DNA from: Candidatus Gottesmanbacteria bacterium
GTDB lineage: Bacteria > Patescibacteriota > Microgenomatia > UBA10105 > UBA927
DNA length: 64,000 nucleotides
NCBI GenBank assembly: GCA_963809665.1
Contig: CAWEKC010000001.1
Coordinates: 158,219 to 222,218, forward strand
Reading direction: 5' to 3'
Shown: one piece after another, positions 19,705-30,234 of the stretch
Layout: each line of letters starts with the position of its first letter
Position numbering within the stretch: position 1 is the stretch's first letter
Position numbers and translations under genes: made by a program
The notes under the pieces: model-generated
The model's database searches: none
What the model was told of the DNA's origin: nothing
The model's input: only the letters and a program-made list of their open reading frames with translations

Positions 19705-20190
19705 TTAATGTAAATCAAATGCACCCGTTCGGGCGCGGTAAGCAGTTTCCAGAGCGTCAGCGAATAATTCATCCGCTTGTTGTAAAGCATCCATGGATTC
19801 TTCCAACAAAGATTCGGGATTCTCCCGTCTAAGGTCGGACGGACGGATCGGTTTTGCCCACCATTCGCTTTCCGCATCGGAATGAGGGACCATGACAAGA
19901 AACGCTTCGGGATCCTCCAATTCTGCCCGCCAATATGCTAATTGTTTATGAGCTTTTATAATGTCTCCAATCCGGATTCCATACAAACCTTCCCTGGGTT
20001 TCAGCGGTATGACGCCCGGTTTCATGAACTCCCACAGCGGATCGCCAGCGCGGGCATCAACAACAAACCCTTTCGGAACTCCCGATTCATCCATAAGAGG
20101 AATCCTCGTCCCATCGATCTTAGCCAAAAACCCTACATTAGAAAGTAGTTCACCACTGGAATCGATCGCGCCCATATGTTCTCCTTTCAA
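19705..20190 (-). CDS. hypothetical protein (no recognizable family)
   Basis: 161-aa ORF 20 nt upstream of the previous one, directly downstream of rpsG. Confidence 0.45.
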   Translation of the reverse strand: MKGEHMGAIDSSGELLSNVGFLAKIDGTRIPLMDESGVPKGFVVDARAGDPLWEFMKPGVIPLKPREGLYGIRIGDIIKAHKQLAYWRAELEDPEAFLVMVPHSDAESEWWAKPIRPSDLRRENPESLLEESMDALQQADELFADALETAYRARTGAFDLH

Positions 20191-20243
20191 AAAAAGCTGC
20201 CCTTCGTGGCAGCATAATATCCTATGTATTTCGTTTATTCAAC

Positions 20244-20717
20244 TTACCATTTAAAATGCGCGAAGGCGCGGTTGGCTTCCGCCATGCGAAGGACAGTATC
20301 GCGCCGTTTCACCGCTTCCCCCTGACCCTTGGCGGCTTCCATAAGCTCCGCGGCTAATTTCTGGGAAAATGAGTGGAATTCGCGGTTACTCCGTTTATTG
20401 GCAAACTGTACAATCCACCGCATAGCAAGCGCCATACGGCGGTCTCCCCGTACTTCCGTGGGTACCTGGTACGAGGCTCCCCCCACACGGCGGGCTTTCA
20501 CTTCCATTTTGGGGCCTACGGTATTCATGGCAAGTTCAAACACTTTAATAGGATCCTCGCCTTTTTCTTTAATGATATCGAGGGCTTTGTATACTTCAGT
20601 CTGTGCGGCCTGTTTTTTACCGTGTCGCATTACCCTGTTGATAAACCGGGTCAGCAAACGGTTCCCGTACACGGGGTCTGCTTCCGGAATGATTTTAATA
20701 ACGCGTCCTGATCTCAT
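20244..20717 (-). CDS. rpsG: 30S ribosomal protein S7
   Basis: 157 aa typical S7 (NRVMRHGKK...). Confidence 0.95.
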   Translation of the reverse strand: MRSGRVIKIIPEADPVYGNRLLTRFINRVMRHGKKQAAQTEVYKALDIIKEKGEDPIKVFELAMNTVGPKMEVKARRVGGASYQVPTEVRGDRRMALAMRWIVQFANKRSNREFHSFSQKLAAELMEAAKGQGEAVKRRDTVLRMAEANRAFAHFKW

Positions 20718-20733
20718 AATTTTTTATTATTTC

Positions 20734-21171
20734 TTAACTTGCTGCGGCTGTCGTAGGACCCGGTCCTCCGGCTTTGGCGCCGTAGCGCGACCTGCCTTTT
20801 TTACGGTTGGCTACCCCGCTTGAATCATATTTACCCCGTACGATATGGTATTTCACACCGGGAAGATCGGGAACACGACCGCCACGGATGAGTACTATTG
20901 CGTGTTCGGTTAATTCGTGGCCGATACCCGGAATATAGGCAGTCACTTCCTGTTTATTTGAGAGTCTCACACGGGCAACTTTCCGGAGGGCCGAATTTGG
21001 CTTTTTCGGCGTCATGGTTTTAACCAGCGTGACCACTCCCCGCTTAAAGGGTGCCGGCACCTGCGTCGTTAACCGGTCTTTGGCATTGAAAAACTTCCGC
21101 AGCGCGGTTGCTTTAATTTTTTTGGACTTATGGTGCCGTCCGTATTTGACTAATTGGTTAATGGTAGGCAT
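20734..21171 (-). CDS. rpsL: 30S ribosomal protein S12 (with ~10-aa internal insertion)
   Basis: MPTINQLV...[11 protein letters not shown]...GHNLQEH-like motifs. Confidence 0.95.
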   Translation of the reverse strand: MPTINQLVKYGRHHKSKKIKATALRKFFNAKDRLTTQVPAPFKRGVVTLVKTMTPKKPNSALRKVARVRLSNKQEVTAYIPGIGHELTEHAIVLIRGGRVPDLPGVKYHIVRGKYDSSGVANRKKGRSRYGAKAGGPGPTTAAAS

Positions 21172-21172
21172 A

Positions 21173-24100
21173 TTAGACTGTTTTCATCTGCGCCCGGTCC
21201 GCTGAAACAGGGATCAGACGTCCGATTATAACATTTTCTTTGAGTCCTAAAAGTTTATCTTCTTTGGCGGCAAGTGCGGCATCGGTTAATACGTTGGTCG
21301 TTTCCTGGAATGATGCGGCAGAAAGCCATGATTCGGTAAACAGCGATGCCCGCGTAATACCCAGAACGACAATCTGCGCGGTCGCCGGTTCGCCACCGGC
21401 TGCCAGTACCCGTGCGTTTTCTTCCTGGAAACGCATGCGGTCAACGAGCTCGCCCGGCAATAACATCGTATCGCCGCTGGTGTCCACACGGACTTTATCG
21501 CTCATCTTGCGGACGATCACTTCGAAATGTTTATCGTGAATCATAATTCCCTGTGATTCATACACGCGCTGTATTTCCGTAATCAGATATTTCTGCGCCC
21601 CGCGCAGGCCGCGGACGGCCAAGACTTCTTTAAGATCCAAGTAGCCGCTCGCGAGCTGGTCGCCTGCCGCCACGAGCTCCCCTTCTTTCACCTTAAGTTC
21701 GCTGGTTAACGGAATCACATATTCACGCTCTTCCGGCGGTTTGATCGTAGTATTGCGTACCCGGATTTTATATCCGTCTTCGGTTTCGACAACTTCCACT
21801 TTCCCTGCAATTTCAGAAATCGGCGAGAGTATACGCGGCATACGGGATTCAAACAATTCCTCAACCCGGGGCAGCCCCTGAGTCACGTCCAGCCCGACGA
21901 TTCCTCCAGCGTGACGCACCCGCATCGTCAGTTGCGTACCGGGTTCACCGATGGACTGCGCGGCAATTACCCCGACAGGGGTACCTAATTCAACCCACGC
22001 ATCTGAGCTGAAATCGCGGCCATAACATTTGGCACACATACCGAACGGCGCCTGACAGGAAAGTGCGCTTCGAAGTAAAACCGATTCTACATTGTGTTCA
22101 TCCAGTAATTTGGCATTCTCTTCCGTAATCTCTTCACCCTTGGCGATAAGTACTTTTTTGCTGTTGGGCGCCATGACATCAGCCGCGACGAATCTTCCGA
22201 TCGTCCGCGTAATAAACGACGCCTGGCGGTCCTCGCGGCGGTTTACTTCCCAGCCTTCACTCGTTCCGCAATCGTCCATTCTCACGATCATATCGTGAGA
22301 TACGTCTACAAGCCGGCGGGTAAGATATCCTGCATCGGCTGTTTTGAGGGCTGAGTCGGTCAAACCTTTACGGGAGCCTCTCGTAGATGTTACGTATTCA
22401 AAAATGGAAAGTCCTTCGCGGTAATTGCTTTTGGTCGGCAGTTCGACGATCTTACCCAACGGGTCCACAACTAATCCTTTTATGGCGGACAACTGCTTGA
22501 GCTGGTCTTTGGAGGCACGGGCTGACCCGGAATCGATGATCATTTTCACCGGGTTATTGGCCGGCATTTGCTGCCATGTCATATCCGCGAGCCTCTCCGT
22601 AATTTCAATCCAGATTTCGTTGCTGAGGCGCCGTTTTTCCTCGAGCGTAATCAACCCCTGCTGATAGTTGCCGTCAATTTCAGTCACTTTCTTTTCCGCT
22701 CCGGCGACAATCGCCGCCTTTTCACTGATCATGACGCAGTCAAATACCGATACGGACAACCCTCCGCAAATGGTCGCTCCCATGAAGCCGATGTTTTTGA
22801 TGGCATCAATAAGCGTGACAACTTCTTCTTTCGGGTACAATTTCAGTGCTTTGGTTATGATCGTCTTAACCGTTGCCGATTTGACCGGCGTATTCATGAA
22901 GCGCAATCCTTCCGGCAAAATTTCGTTAAAGAGAACTTTCCCGACGGTTGTAACGATAAGCTCATTTGCGACACGTACTTTAATCGGAACGCGGAGAGCA
23001 ACTCTCTCCGTCTGGTAGGCAAAAATTGCCTCCGCCTCACTGGCAAATACCGTAAGATTTTTTTCATCAGTCGGTGCCGTAGTCTCGATGGTGGTCAGGT
23101 AATAACATCCCAATACCATTTCTTTATTGGGTACCGTGATGGGAGAGCCGTCAGCGGGTTTCAAAAGATTGTGCGTCGGCAGCATCAAATGGATAGCTTC
23201 ATGCTGCGCTTCTCCGGAGAGCGGAATGTGGACGGCCATCTGATCACCGTCAAAGTCCGCATTGTATCCCGCACACACACACGGGTGAATACGGATAGCG
23301 GATCCTTCTATAAGGATCGGATAAAACGCCTGGATACCCAGTTTGTGCAATGTAGGGGCGCGGTTCAGGAGTACCGGATGATTCTTGGTAATTTCCTCAA
23401 GGATGTCGAATACCTCAGGTGTCCGTCGTTCCAAAACGTTTTTAGCGTTTTTCACGTTAGGGGCAATACCACGGACAATGAGCTCGCGTAATACAAATGG
23501 TTTGAACATTTCAAGCGCCATTTCCTTCGGTATTCCGCATTGGGTAAGATCCAATTCCGGTCCTACAATAATGACGGAACGACCGGAATAGTCCACGCGT
23601 TTCCCCAAAAGGTTCTGCCTAAACCGACCTTGTTTCCCTCGGAGCATATCGGAAAGTGAGCGCAAGGGGGCAATGACAGCCCGTGAACTGGGGCGCTGCG
23701 TTACATCGATTAAACTATCAACCGCTTCCTGAAGCATCCGTTTTTCGTTACGCAAAATAATTTCCGGCGCACCAAGATCCATGAGATGTTTCAGGCGGTT
23801 GTTCCGGTTAATGACACGGCGGTATAAATCATTCAGGTCACTGGTGGCGAACCGCCCGCCGGTCAACTGCACCATGGGCCGCAGATCCGGAGGTATCACG
23901 GGCAACGTATTGAGAATCATCCATGTCGGATTGACAGAGGCTTTCCGCATTCCGTCAACGAGGCGGAGCCGCTTTGTTGCTTTAATGTGACGCTGTCCGC
24001 TGGTATTCTGGATTTCCTCGCGAAGTCCTGCCGCCAGCTTGTCCAAATCAAGTTTCTTAACAACCTCAAGAATGGCCTCAGCGCCCATCCGGACCTCAAA

Positions 24101-24895
24101 ACAACCCGTTGCATCATACTCAAACAACCGGAGGTATTCATCTTCCGTCAACGTATTGAGAGGCCGTATTGATTTAACGATCGCGATAACCTGATCAACG
24201 ATGGCTTTAATCTTTTCTTTTTCCTGGCTTCCCTGATCTTCAATTTTTGACGTTTCCTGGTGTTCCTTAAGTGTTAATTCCGAGACGGCCATATCGCGGG
24301 CTTCTGGACTCGTTACGCGCTCCTTCGTCGCGTCTTTGTCTTTTACGTATTTTTTATGAATTTCCCCAACTTCTTCCTTAATGCGCTTTTCCGTCACTTC
24401 CATGCGTTCTTTTCCGAGGTCATTCAACCGGCCGAGTATTTCTTTACGTTTTTCCTCATCAACTTTTGTGACAAGATACTGGGCAAAATAAATAACTTCT
24501 TCAAGCGCCCGCGGGCTGATATCCAATAAAAGGGAAAGCTTGCTCGGTGCCCCTTTGAAATACCATACGTGGGCGACCGGAGCCACAAGCGCAATGTGAC
24601 CCATACGCTCCCGACGGACCTTGCTCTGGGTTACCTCGACGCCGCATTTGTCGCATATGATCCCCCTGTACCGGATCCTTTTGTATTTACCGCAGTAACA
24701 TTCCCAATCCTTGGTAGGACCGAAAATCCGCTCGTCAAATAATCCGTCTTTTTCGGGTTTCAGCGTCCGGTAATTGATAGTTTCCGGTTTGGTGACCTCG
24801 CCATATGACCATGCTTTAATCTCCTCCGGTGAGGCAATAGTAATTTTTAAACCTGCAAAATCGACGATGTTTGCAAATGTTGCTTTTTTATCCAT
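21173..24895 (-). CDS. rpoC: DNA-directed RNA polymerase subunit beta'
   Basis: 1240 aa; zinc finger CYCGKYK...CDKCG, NADFDGD catalytic motif. Confidence 0.97.
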   Translation of the reverse strand: MDKKATFANIVDFAGLKITIASPEEIKAWSYGEVTKPETINYRTLKPEKDGLFDERIFGPTKDWECYCGKYKRIRYRGIICDKCGVEVTQSKVRRERMGHIALVAPVAHVWYFKGAPSKLSLLLDISPRALEEVIYFAQYLVTKVDEEKRKEILGRLNDLGKERMEVTEKRIKEEVGEIHKKYVKDKDATKERVTSPEARDMAVSELTLKEHQETSKIEDQGSQEKEKIKAIVDQVIAIVKSIRPLNTLTEDEYLRLFEYDATGCFEVRMGAEAILEVVKKLDLDKLAAGLREEIQNTSGQRHIKATKRLRLVDGMRKASVNPTWMILNTLPVIPPDLRPMVQLTGGRFATSDLNDLYRRVINRNNRLKHLMDLGAPEIILRNEKRMLQEAVDSLIDVTQRPSSRAVIAPLRSLSDMLRGKQGRFRQNLLGKRVDYSGRSVIIVGPELDLTQCGIPKEMALEMFKPFVLRELIVRGIAPNVKNAKNVLERRTPEVFDILEEITKNHPVLLNRAPTLHKLGIQAFYPILIEGSAIRIHPCVCAGYNADFDGDQMAVHIPLSGEAQHEAIHLMLPTHNLLKPADGSPITVPNKEMVLGCYYLTTIETTAPTDEKNLTVFASEAEAIFAYQTERVALRVPIKVRVANELIVTTVGKVLFNEILPEGLRFMNTPVKSATVKTIITKALKLYPKEEVVTLIDAIKNIGFMGATICGGLSVSVFDCVMISEKAAIVAGAEKKVTEIDGNYQQGLITLEEKRRLSNEIWIEITERLADMTWQQMPANNPVKMIIDSGSARASKDQLKQLSAIKGLVVDPLGKIVELPTKSNYREGLSIFEYVTSTRGSRKGLTDSALKTADAGYLTRRLVDVSHDMIVRMDDCGTSEGWEVNRREDRQASFITRTIGRFVAADVMAPNSKKVLIAKGEEITEENAKLLDEHNVESVLLRSALSCQAPFGMCAKCYGRDFSSDAWVELGTPVGVIAAQSIGEPGTQLTMRVRHAGGIVGLDVTQGLPRVEELFESRMPRILSPISEIAGKVEVVETEDGYKIRVRNTTIKPPEEREYVIPLTSELKVKEGELVAAGDQLASGYLDLKEVLAVRGLRGAQKYLITEIQRVYESQGIMIHDKHFEVIVRKMSDKVRVDTSGDTMLLPGELVDRMRFQEENARVLAAGGEPATAQIVVLGITRASLFTESWLSAASFQETTNVLTDAALAAKEDKLLGLKENVIIGRLIPVSADRAQMKTV

Positions 24896-27800
24896 GAGCC
24901 TCCGCTTCTACAACAACTTCTTCCCCGCTGGCTTTTGCAATTTCTACAGCTTCTTTTTTCACCGTGGCCTCCGCAACCGTAGCCGTAGGTACAGGAGGTT
25001 TGACTGTCACGACACCGGTCGGATTGACGTTAAGACCTAAGGCCTGCAGTTCTTTCACCAATACTTTGAATGATTCAGGAATGGTAGATTCCGGTATGTC
25101 CGTTCCTTTGACAATGGCCTCAAATGCCTTGGCGCGGCCGACAACGTCATCGGATTTAATCGTAAGCATTTCCTGTAAAATATGTGCGGCACGGTGTGAC
25201 TCAAGCGCCCAGACTTCCATCTCTCCGAGTCTCTGTCCGCCCATCTGGGCCTTACCACCCAAGGGCTGTTGTGTAACGAGAGAGTACGGGCCGGTGCTGC
25301 GGGCATGCGTCTTATCCTCGACCATATGGATAAGTTTCATAATGTATCCAACTCCTACCACGATCGGTTCTTTATATGCTAGACCGGTCCGGCCGTCAAA
25401 TAACGTGCTTTTGCCTGATACCGGGACATTAGCTTCCTTGAGTTTTTCGATAATTTTATCTTCTCCGACGTGTTCAAATACCGGCAATGCCACTTTAATA
25501 TTTAATTTCTTCGCAGCCAAACCCAAATGAGCTTCAAGAAGCTGTCCCAGGTTCATACGCGAAAGAACGGAAAGCGGAGAAATGATGACATCCACGACAG
25601 TACCGTCCGAAAGATACGGCATGTCGGACTGTGGAACGACTTTAGAAATAACGCCTTTATTTCCGTGACGGCCGGCAAGTTTATCTCCGACCACGACTTT
25701 ACGCATCTGGGCAACTTTAACAACGATCTTGCGGTTTGTACCCGGCTCAAGTTCATCGCCTTTCTCTTTATCCAGAATCTTAACTTCAATAACCGTGCCG
25801 CGCTCGCCATGCGGGACGCGAAGAGACGTATCTCTCACCTCACGGGCTTTTTCACCGAATATAGCCCGCAGTAACCGTTCTTCTGCGGTAAGTTCCGTCT
25901 CGCCTTTCGGGGCAATCTTACCGATAAGAATATCATTGGGTCCCACCTCTGCTCCCACGACTACTATGCCGTTTTCATCCAGATTCCGGAGCGCTTCCTC
26001 TCCGACATTGGGAATATCGCGAGTCGTTTCCTCCGGGCCTAACTTCGTATCAACGACACTTGCATCGTATTCTTCTATATGAACTGACGTGAGTACATCA
26101 TCACGGACGAGTCTGTCGGAAATAACAATGGCATCCTCATATCCCAATCCGTCAAAACTCATGTAGGCAATGGTGACGTTGGCGCCCAACGCTAATTCCC
26201 CGTCTTCGCTGGCCGGCCCCTCGATAAGCACCTGGCCTTTTTTCACTTTTTCGCCTGACCGCACCATAACACGCTGGTTATAACAGGTAGACTGGGCGGA
26301 CCGGGTAAATTTCTGTAGTGTATATGTAGTCGTTTCTCCGTCTTTGGATTCAAATACAACAGAAGCTCCGTCTGCAAATGTAACTGTCCCGTCATCTTTC
26401 GCCGTTACAACCCGCCCCATGGTGGAGGATATGGCGCCTTCCATGCCGGTGCCCACAATGGGCGTTTGCGGAATAACGAGCGGTACTGCCTGACATTGCA
26501 TGTGTGTTCCCATAAGAGCCCGGTTGGCTTCATCATGAGCCAAAAACGGAATAAGGGATGCAGGTGCACCAACGACCTGCCGCGGAACAACATCGATGTA
26601 TTCAACAACAGTCGCGTCTGCTTCCAAAAACTCACCCTTGTACCGGACCGGAATACGCTCCGATACGATATATCCGTCTTCCGAAACCGCAATTCCAGCG
26701 TGAGTAATATAATGATATTGTTCGTCGCTGGCATCCAAATAGGCGGTTTGGTCAGTGACCCGCATCCGGGTTTTTTCACCGCGGGTGATTTTTTCAATTT
26801 TACGGTATGGAGTTTCCAAAAATCCGTATTCATTTGCACGCGCATAGAGAGACATATAGGTAACGAGTCCGATATTAGGCCCTTCAGGAGACCTCACCGG
26901 ACAGATACGTCCGTATTGAGACGCATTGATATCACGGATCGAAAACGAAGCACGTTCACGGGAAATCCCCCCGACACCCATTACAGTGAGACGGCGGAGG
27001 TTATCCACTTCAGCCAACGGATTCGTCTGATCTAAAATGGTTGAAAGCTGGCTGGTACGGAAAAAGTCGTTAATCGAGGCAATAATCGGACGCGCATTAA
27101 CCAGCTGCATCGGTGTAAGATCTTCCGCTGCCGGTCCTGCCAAGCTCATTTTCTCACGGACGGACCGCTCTAAACGCAAAAGGCCAACGCGGAACGCATT
27201 TGTCGCTACCAATTCACCCACCCGCCGGACGCGTCGGTTGCCCAGGTGATCAATATCATCCACATCGCCTTTATGGTTTGTAAGATTAACAAGATACCGG
27301 ATCGCACCGATGATATCCTCGCGCGTTAAAACCCAATGATCTTTATCGTTTGTGACGTTAATTCCCAGCTTTTTATTCATCTTATACCGTCCCACACGTT
27401 CAAGTGAGTAACGGCGGTAATCAAAAAACATCGTGCGGAGTAATTCCTGTGCATTATCGAGTACTATGGGTTCGCCCGGCCGGAGTTTCCGGTAGAGCTC
27501 CAGAACTGCCTCCGTCTGACTTTTAGTCGGATCTTTTGTTAACGTCGCTTCTATGTATTTATGATCCGGATTCGTATCAACATCTTTGAAAATATTGATT
27601 ATTTCCTCGTTCGTTGACATGCCGATAGCACGGAGGAACGTGCTCGCCACAAACTTTCGCCTTCGGTCAATTCGCACCATGACAACGTCGTTACGTGTCA
27701 CGATGAATTCGAGCCAGCTTCCGTGCATCGGACGGATTTCTGCGCTGTACAGGGTTTTGCCCGTTGCTGAATCCACGGTGCCGGTGAAGTAAATGCCCGG

Positions 27801-28208
27801 GCTGCGTACGAGCTGGTTAACCACGCAGCGTTCAATACCGTTAATAATGAATGTTCCGTTTTCAGTCATGGCCGGAATATCACCCAAGAAAACTTCCTGC
27901 ATCACGCGGTGTCCTGTCTGTTTGTTAATAAGTGTTGCCATAACTTTGAGAGGCATATCAAACGTAAGTCCTTTTTCAAGGGCCACAAGGGGGGTGAGGC
28001 GCGGGCGGCCGAAAAAGTAATCGCCAAATGATAATTCCCAATTCTTTCCGGTGAAATCTGAAATCGGAGAAACTTCGCTCAGGAGATCTTTAATACCGGT
28101 TTCCAAAAACCACTGATACGATTCTCTCTGTACCAGGGTTAAATCAAGTTGGGGAAGGTTCTTTACATCCGTGTCCCACAATCGTTTGTTCGTAGTATCT
28201 TTTGCCAT
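24888..28208 (-). CDS. rpoB: DNA-directed RNA polymerase subunit beta
   Basis: 1106 aa; conserved rifampicin-cluster and catalytic regions; 8-nt overlap with rpoC. Confidence 0.97.
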   Translation of the reverse strand: MAKDTTNKRLWDTDVKNLPQLDLTLVQRESYQWFLETGIKDLLSEVSPISDFTGKNWELSFGDYFFGRPRLTPLVALEKGLTFDMPLKVMATLINKQTGHRVMQEVFLGDIPAMTENGTFIINGIERCVVNQLVRSPGIYFTGTVDSATGKTLYSAEIRPMHGSWLEFIVTRNDVVMVRIDRRRKFVASTFLRAIGMSTNEEIINIFKDVDTNPDHKYIEATLTKDPTKSQTEAVLELYRKLRPGEPIVLDNAQELLRTMFFDYRRYSLERVGRYKMNKKLGINVTNDKDHWVLTREDIIGAIRYLVNLTNHKGDVDDIDHLGNRRVRRVGELVATNAFRVGLLRLERSVREKMSLAGPAAEDLTPMQLVNARPIIASINDFFRTSQLSTILDQTNPLAEVDNLRRLTVMGVGGISRERASFSIRDINASQYGRICPVRSPEGPNIGLVTYMSLYARANEYGFLETPYRKIEKITRGEKTRMRVTDQTAYLDASDEQYHYITHAGIAVSEDGYIVSERIPVRYKGEFLEADATVVEYIDVVPRQVVGAPASLIPFLAHDEANRALMGTHMQCQAVPLVIPQTPIVGTGMEGAISSTMGRVVTAKDDGTVTFADGASVVFESKDGETTTYTLQKFTRSAQSTCYNQRVMVRSGEKVKKGQVLIEGPASEDGELALGANVTIAYMSFDGLGYEDAIVISDRLVRDDVLTSVHIEEYDASVVDTKLGPEETTRDIPNVGEEALRNLDENGIVVVGAEVGPNDILIGKIAPKGETELTAEERLLRAIFGEKAREVRDTSLRVPHGERGTVIEVKILDKEKGDELEPGTNRKIVVKVAQMRKVVVGDKLAGRHGNKGVISKVVPQSDMPYLSDGTVVDVIISPLSVLSRMNLGQLLEAHLGLAAKKLNIKVALPVFEHVGEDKIIEKLKEANVPVSGKSTLFDGRTGLAYKEPIVVGVGYIMKLIHMVEDKTHARSTGPYSLVTQQPLGGKAQMGGQRLGEMEVWALESHRAAHILQEMLTIKSDDVVGRAKAFEAIVKGTDIPESTIPESFKVLVKELQALGLNVNPTGVVTVKPPVPTATVAEATVKKEAVEIAKASGEEVVVEAEAHG

Positions 28209-28234
28209 TGGTGTAATGAATGCGAAACGGTATT

Positions 28235-28250
28235 CTGCCTGCGCAGGCAG
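28235..28250. repeat. perfect 16-bp palindrome CTGCCTGCGCAGGCAG in the rpoB 5' leader
   Basis: read from sequence; 27 nt upstream of rpoB ATG. Confidence 0.3.
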
Positions 28251-28318
28251 GCTAGTGAACGACGAAAAGAAGCGAACAATGAACGTTCGCCTCGTAAAGG
28301 CTATTCGACTAAAGACTA

Positions 28319-28346
28319 ATTATACCTACTTTCCCCTTGTTGTCAA
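28319..28346 (-). promoter_or_regulatory. consensus sigma70 promoter TTGACA-16-TATAAT driving rpoBC; -35 overlaps the stop codon of the upstream gene
   Basis: perfect hexamers read from reverse complement. Confidence 0.55.
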
Positions 28347-29386
28347 GCGCCATCGCCTAATTCCAAATTCTTAATCGGCGGGAGGGCGGGACCTGCGGCT
28401 CCCTGAATTTGGCCTACTATCCCTGAAACACCTGCCATTAAGCGATGAACCTGAGACTCGCGCAGCTTCCACGTTCTTTCAAAGACGTTGCGTTCCTTTG
28501 TAATTTGGTCAAGCATATCCGTATATGTGCCCATCATGGATTCAACGATCTGAACGAACTCGTGACTGGTTACGTACGAATAAATTTGCTCTGCCTTCGA
28601 TTGCATTTGGCCGGACAGGAATTTTTGCCTTGCCGTATCTTCAATAGCTTTATGCAAAAGTAAGGCAAGCGGAATAATCAATTTAGGCGAACACACCCAT
28701 ATGCCGTCTTTCAGCCCTAAACCGGTTTTGGCCTCCTCCGGTAATACTTCCGACACAATCGCGGCTGCGTTTGCCTTATCATGCAATCTGTCTTCTTTTA
28801 ATTTGGTAATCCACCCGTCGCTCCAGGCCTTGGTCCGCTTTGACTCCCAAAGAATTATTCCGCAAACGCTCCCGCGCTGGGTTTTAACTGTCTGACGGAT
28901 ATCAGCTCCAAGCACACCCTTCCCGATGGGCTCAATAACATCAGTCGGAATTGCCAGACGGATCGTTTGTTCCAAATCCAGTTCCTGCACTTCACCCTGC
29001 AATTGTTGCGAGCCCTGCGTCGCTTTGCGGTTGGCATCTTCCAGTGCCTTTGTCGTATCCGAAAGTTTTTTTTCCAGTTCGGCAAGTTTATACTTGTCTT
29101 TTTCAATTTGTTCTTCCGCTGCCTTTTTGCTGATACTTTCCCTCTCGCGGTCCAACTGCCGTTGTTTTTCAAGTTCAAACGTGCGCCTCTCTTCATCGAG
29201 TAGATTTTTTTGTTTCCGAATCGCGAGTTCCGCTTCTTCAGCCTTTTCCAAACGCCGTTTCATTACTGAGAGTTCCTCGTCGTGCTTCTTCCGTTCTCCC
29301 GCCAAGAGATCCTCTTCTATCTGATGCGTTAAGGCATCCGTCAGTTCAAAAGATTTATGGCAGTGCGGACACGTAATAGTATTCAT
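28343..29386 (-). CDS. DUF2130-like protein: N-terminal Cys4 zinc ribbon, long coiled coil, C-terminal PD-(D/E)xK-like domain
   Basis: CPHCHK N-terminus; Glu/Lys/Arg-rich heptad region; LGADI...IILWESKRTK nuclease-like motif. Confidence 0.6.
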   Translation of the reverse strand: MNTITCPHCHKSFELTDALTHQIEEDLLAGERKKHDEELSVMKRRLEKAEEAELAIRKQKNLLDEERRTFELEKQRQLDRERESISKKAAEEQIEKDKYKLAELEKKLSDTTKALEDANRKATQGSQQLQGEVQELDLEQTIRLAIPTDVIEPIGKGVLGADIRQTVKTQRGSVCGIILWESKRTKAWSDGWITKLKEDRLHDKANAAAIVSEVLPEEAKTGLGLKDGIWVCSPKLIIPLALLLHKAIEDTARQKFLSGQMQSKAEQIYSYVTSHEFVQIVESMMGTYTDMLDQITKERNVFERTWKLRESQVHRLMAGVSGIVGQIQGAAGPALPPIKNLELGDGA

Positions 29387-30210
29387 ACATTAATATAGAT
29401 ATCCTGATTATATCCTCCGACACCGACATATGTTGCGCGGCCGGCTAGTATATTCTCCAACGGAAGACAATTCCGGCAACCGTCTTTCTGTTTACAGACG
29501 AAACGTTCAAGCTTGCGGGCCAAAACAATCGTTTTTGCATATTCCATCACGCGCATCGTCGCATCTTCCCCGGTCGGTAAGGATACCGCGGTGGGTGCGT
29601 CGTCCCGGTCCAGATACCAGTAACTGGCACCGGCAACTGCTTTCGTCTGGCAGTGGGCGGCAAGCAATAAATAGATTGGCAGCTGCAGTGAGTCTTCATC
29701 TTCATCAAACTTGCCGGTTTTAAAATCTATGATGCGCACCGAATCGGATTCCGGTACGTATTCCAGCCAGTCAATTTTACCGCAGAGAATAATATTGTCC
29801 TCCTCCGAAAGCCAGTAATACGGCAGATCCTGGCGGATTTTAATCGCCTTATTCGCAAGCGGCCCGGGGCCGGCAATCACGCGGCCGATCATTTTGGCTC
29901 CGCGGTCCTTGTACTTTTTTTCCTCCTCGGCGTCGCGAAATGCGCCGCGATCACCGGAAATATGTTTCCATTTTTCTTCATATATATCAAGAAGATTATC
30001 TATGTGCCGGTCCTGCGCCGGTATCGAAGAAAGTGTTTCCAGCGTTTCGTGCACAACCTGCCCGAGTGCCAAAGGCGGCTCCATGAGCATAATTTTATGG
30101 TTTGATTTCGGATCGCGGTAGATATTTTTTAAAAAATATGCACGCGGGCACTTGAGATAATCCCCGATCGAACTATGCGACACCCATACGGCTGAATATT
30201 TATCTTTCAT
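29383..30210 (-). CDS. Cas4/RecB-family PD-(D/E)xK nuclease with C-terminal Fe-S cysteine cluster (ORF track start 30252 would overlap the divergent gene)
   Basis: YLKCPRAYFLK N-terminal motif, IDWLEY and IIDFKTGK catalytic motifs, CKQKDGCRNC cluster; ATGA overlap with downstream gene. Confidence 0.7.
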   Translation of the reverse strand: MKDKYSAVWVSHSSIGDYLKCPRAYFLKNIYRDPKSNHKIMLMEPPLALGQVVHETLETLSSIPAQDRHIDNLLDIYEEKWKHISGDRGAFRDAEEEKKYKDRGAKMIGRVIAGPGPLANKAIKIRQDLPYYWLSEEDNIILCGKIDWLEYVPESDSVRIIDFKTGKFDEDEDSLQLPIYLLLAAHCQTKAVAGASYWYLDRDDAPTAVSLPTGEDATMRVMEYAKTIVLARKLERFVCKQKDGCRNCLPLENILAGRATYVGVGGYNQDIYINV

Positions 30211-30234
30211 AAAGGTACCCCGTATAATACAACC

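Noticed and set aside
22568-23491. 307-aa ORF on the plus strand
   Set aside because: Lies entirely antisense within rpoC; no recognisable domains; typical spurious long ORF opposite a conserved gene.
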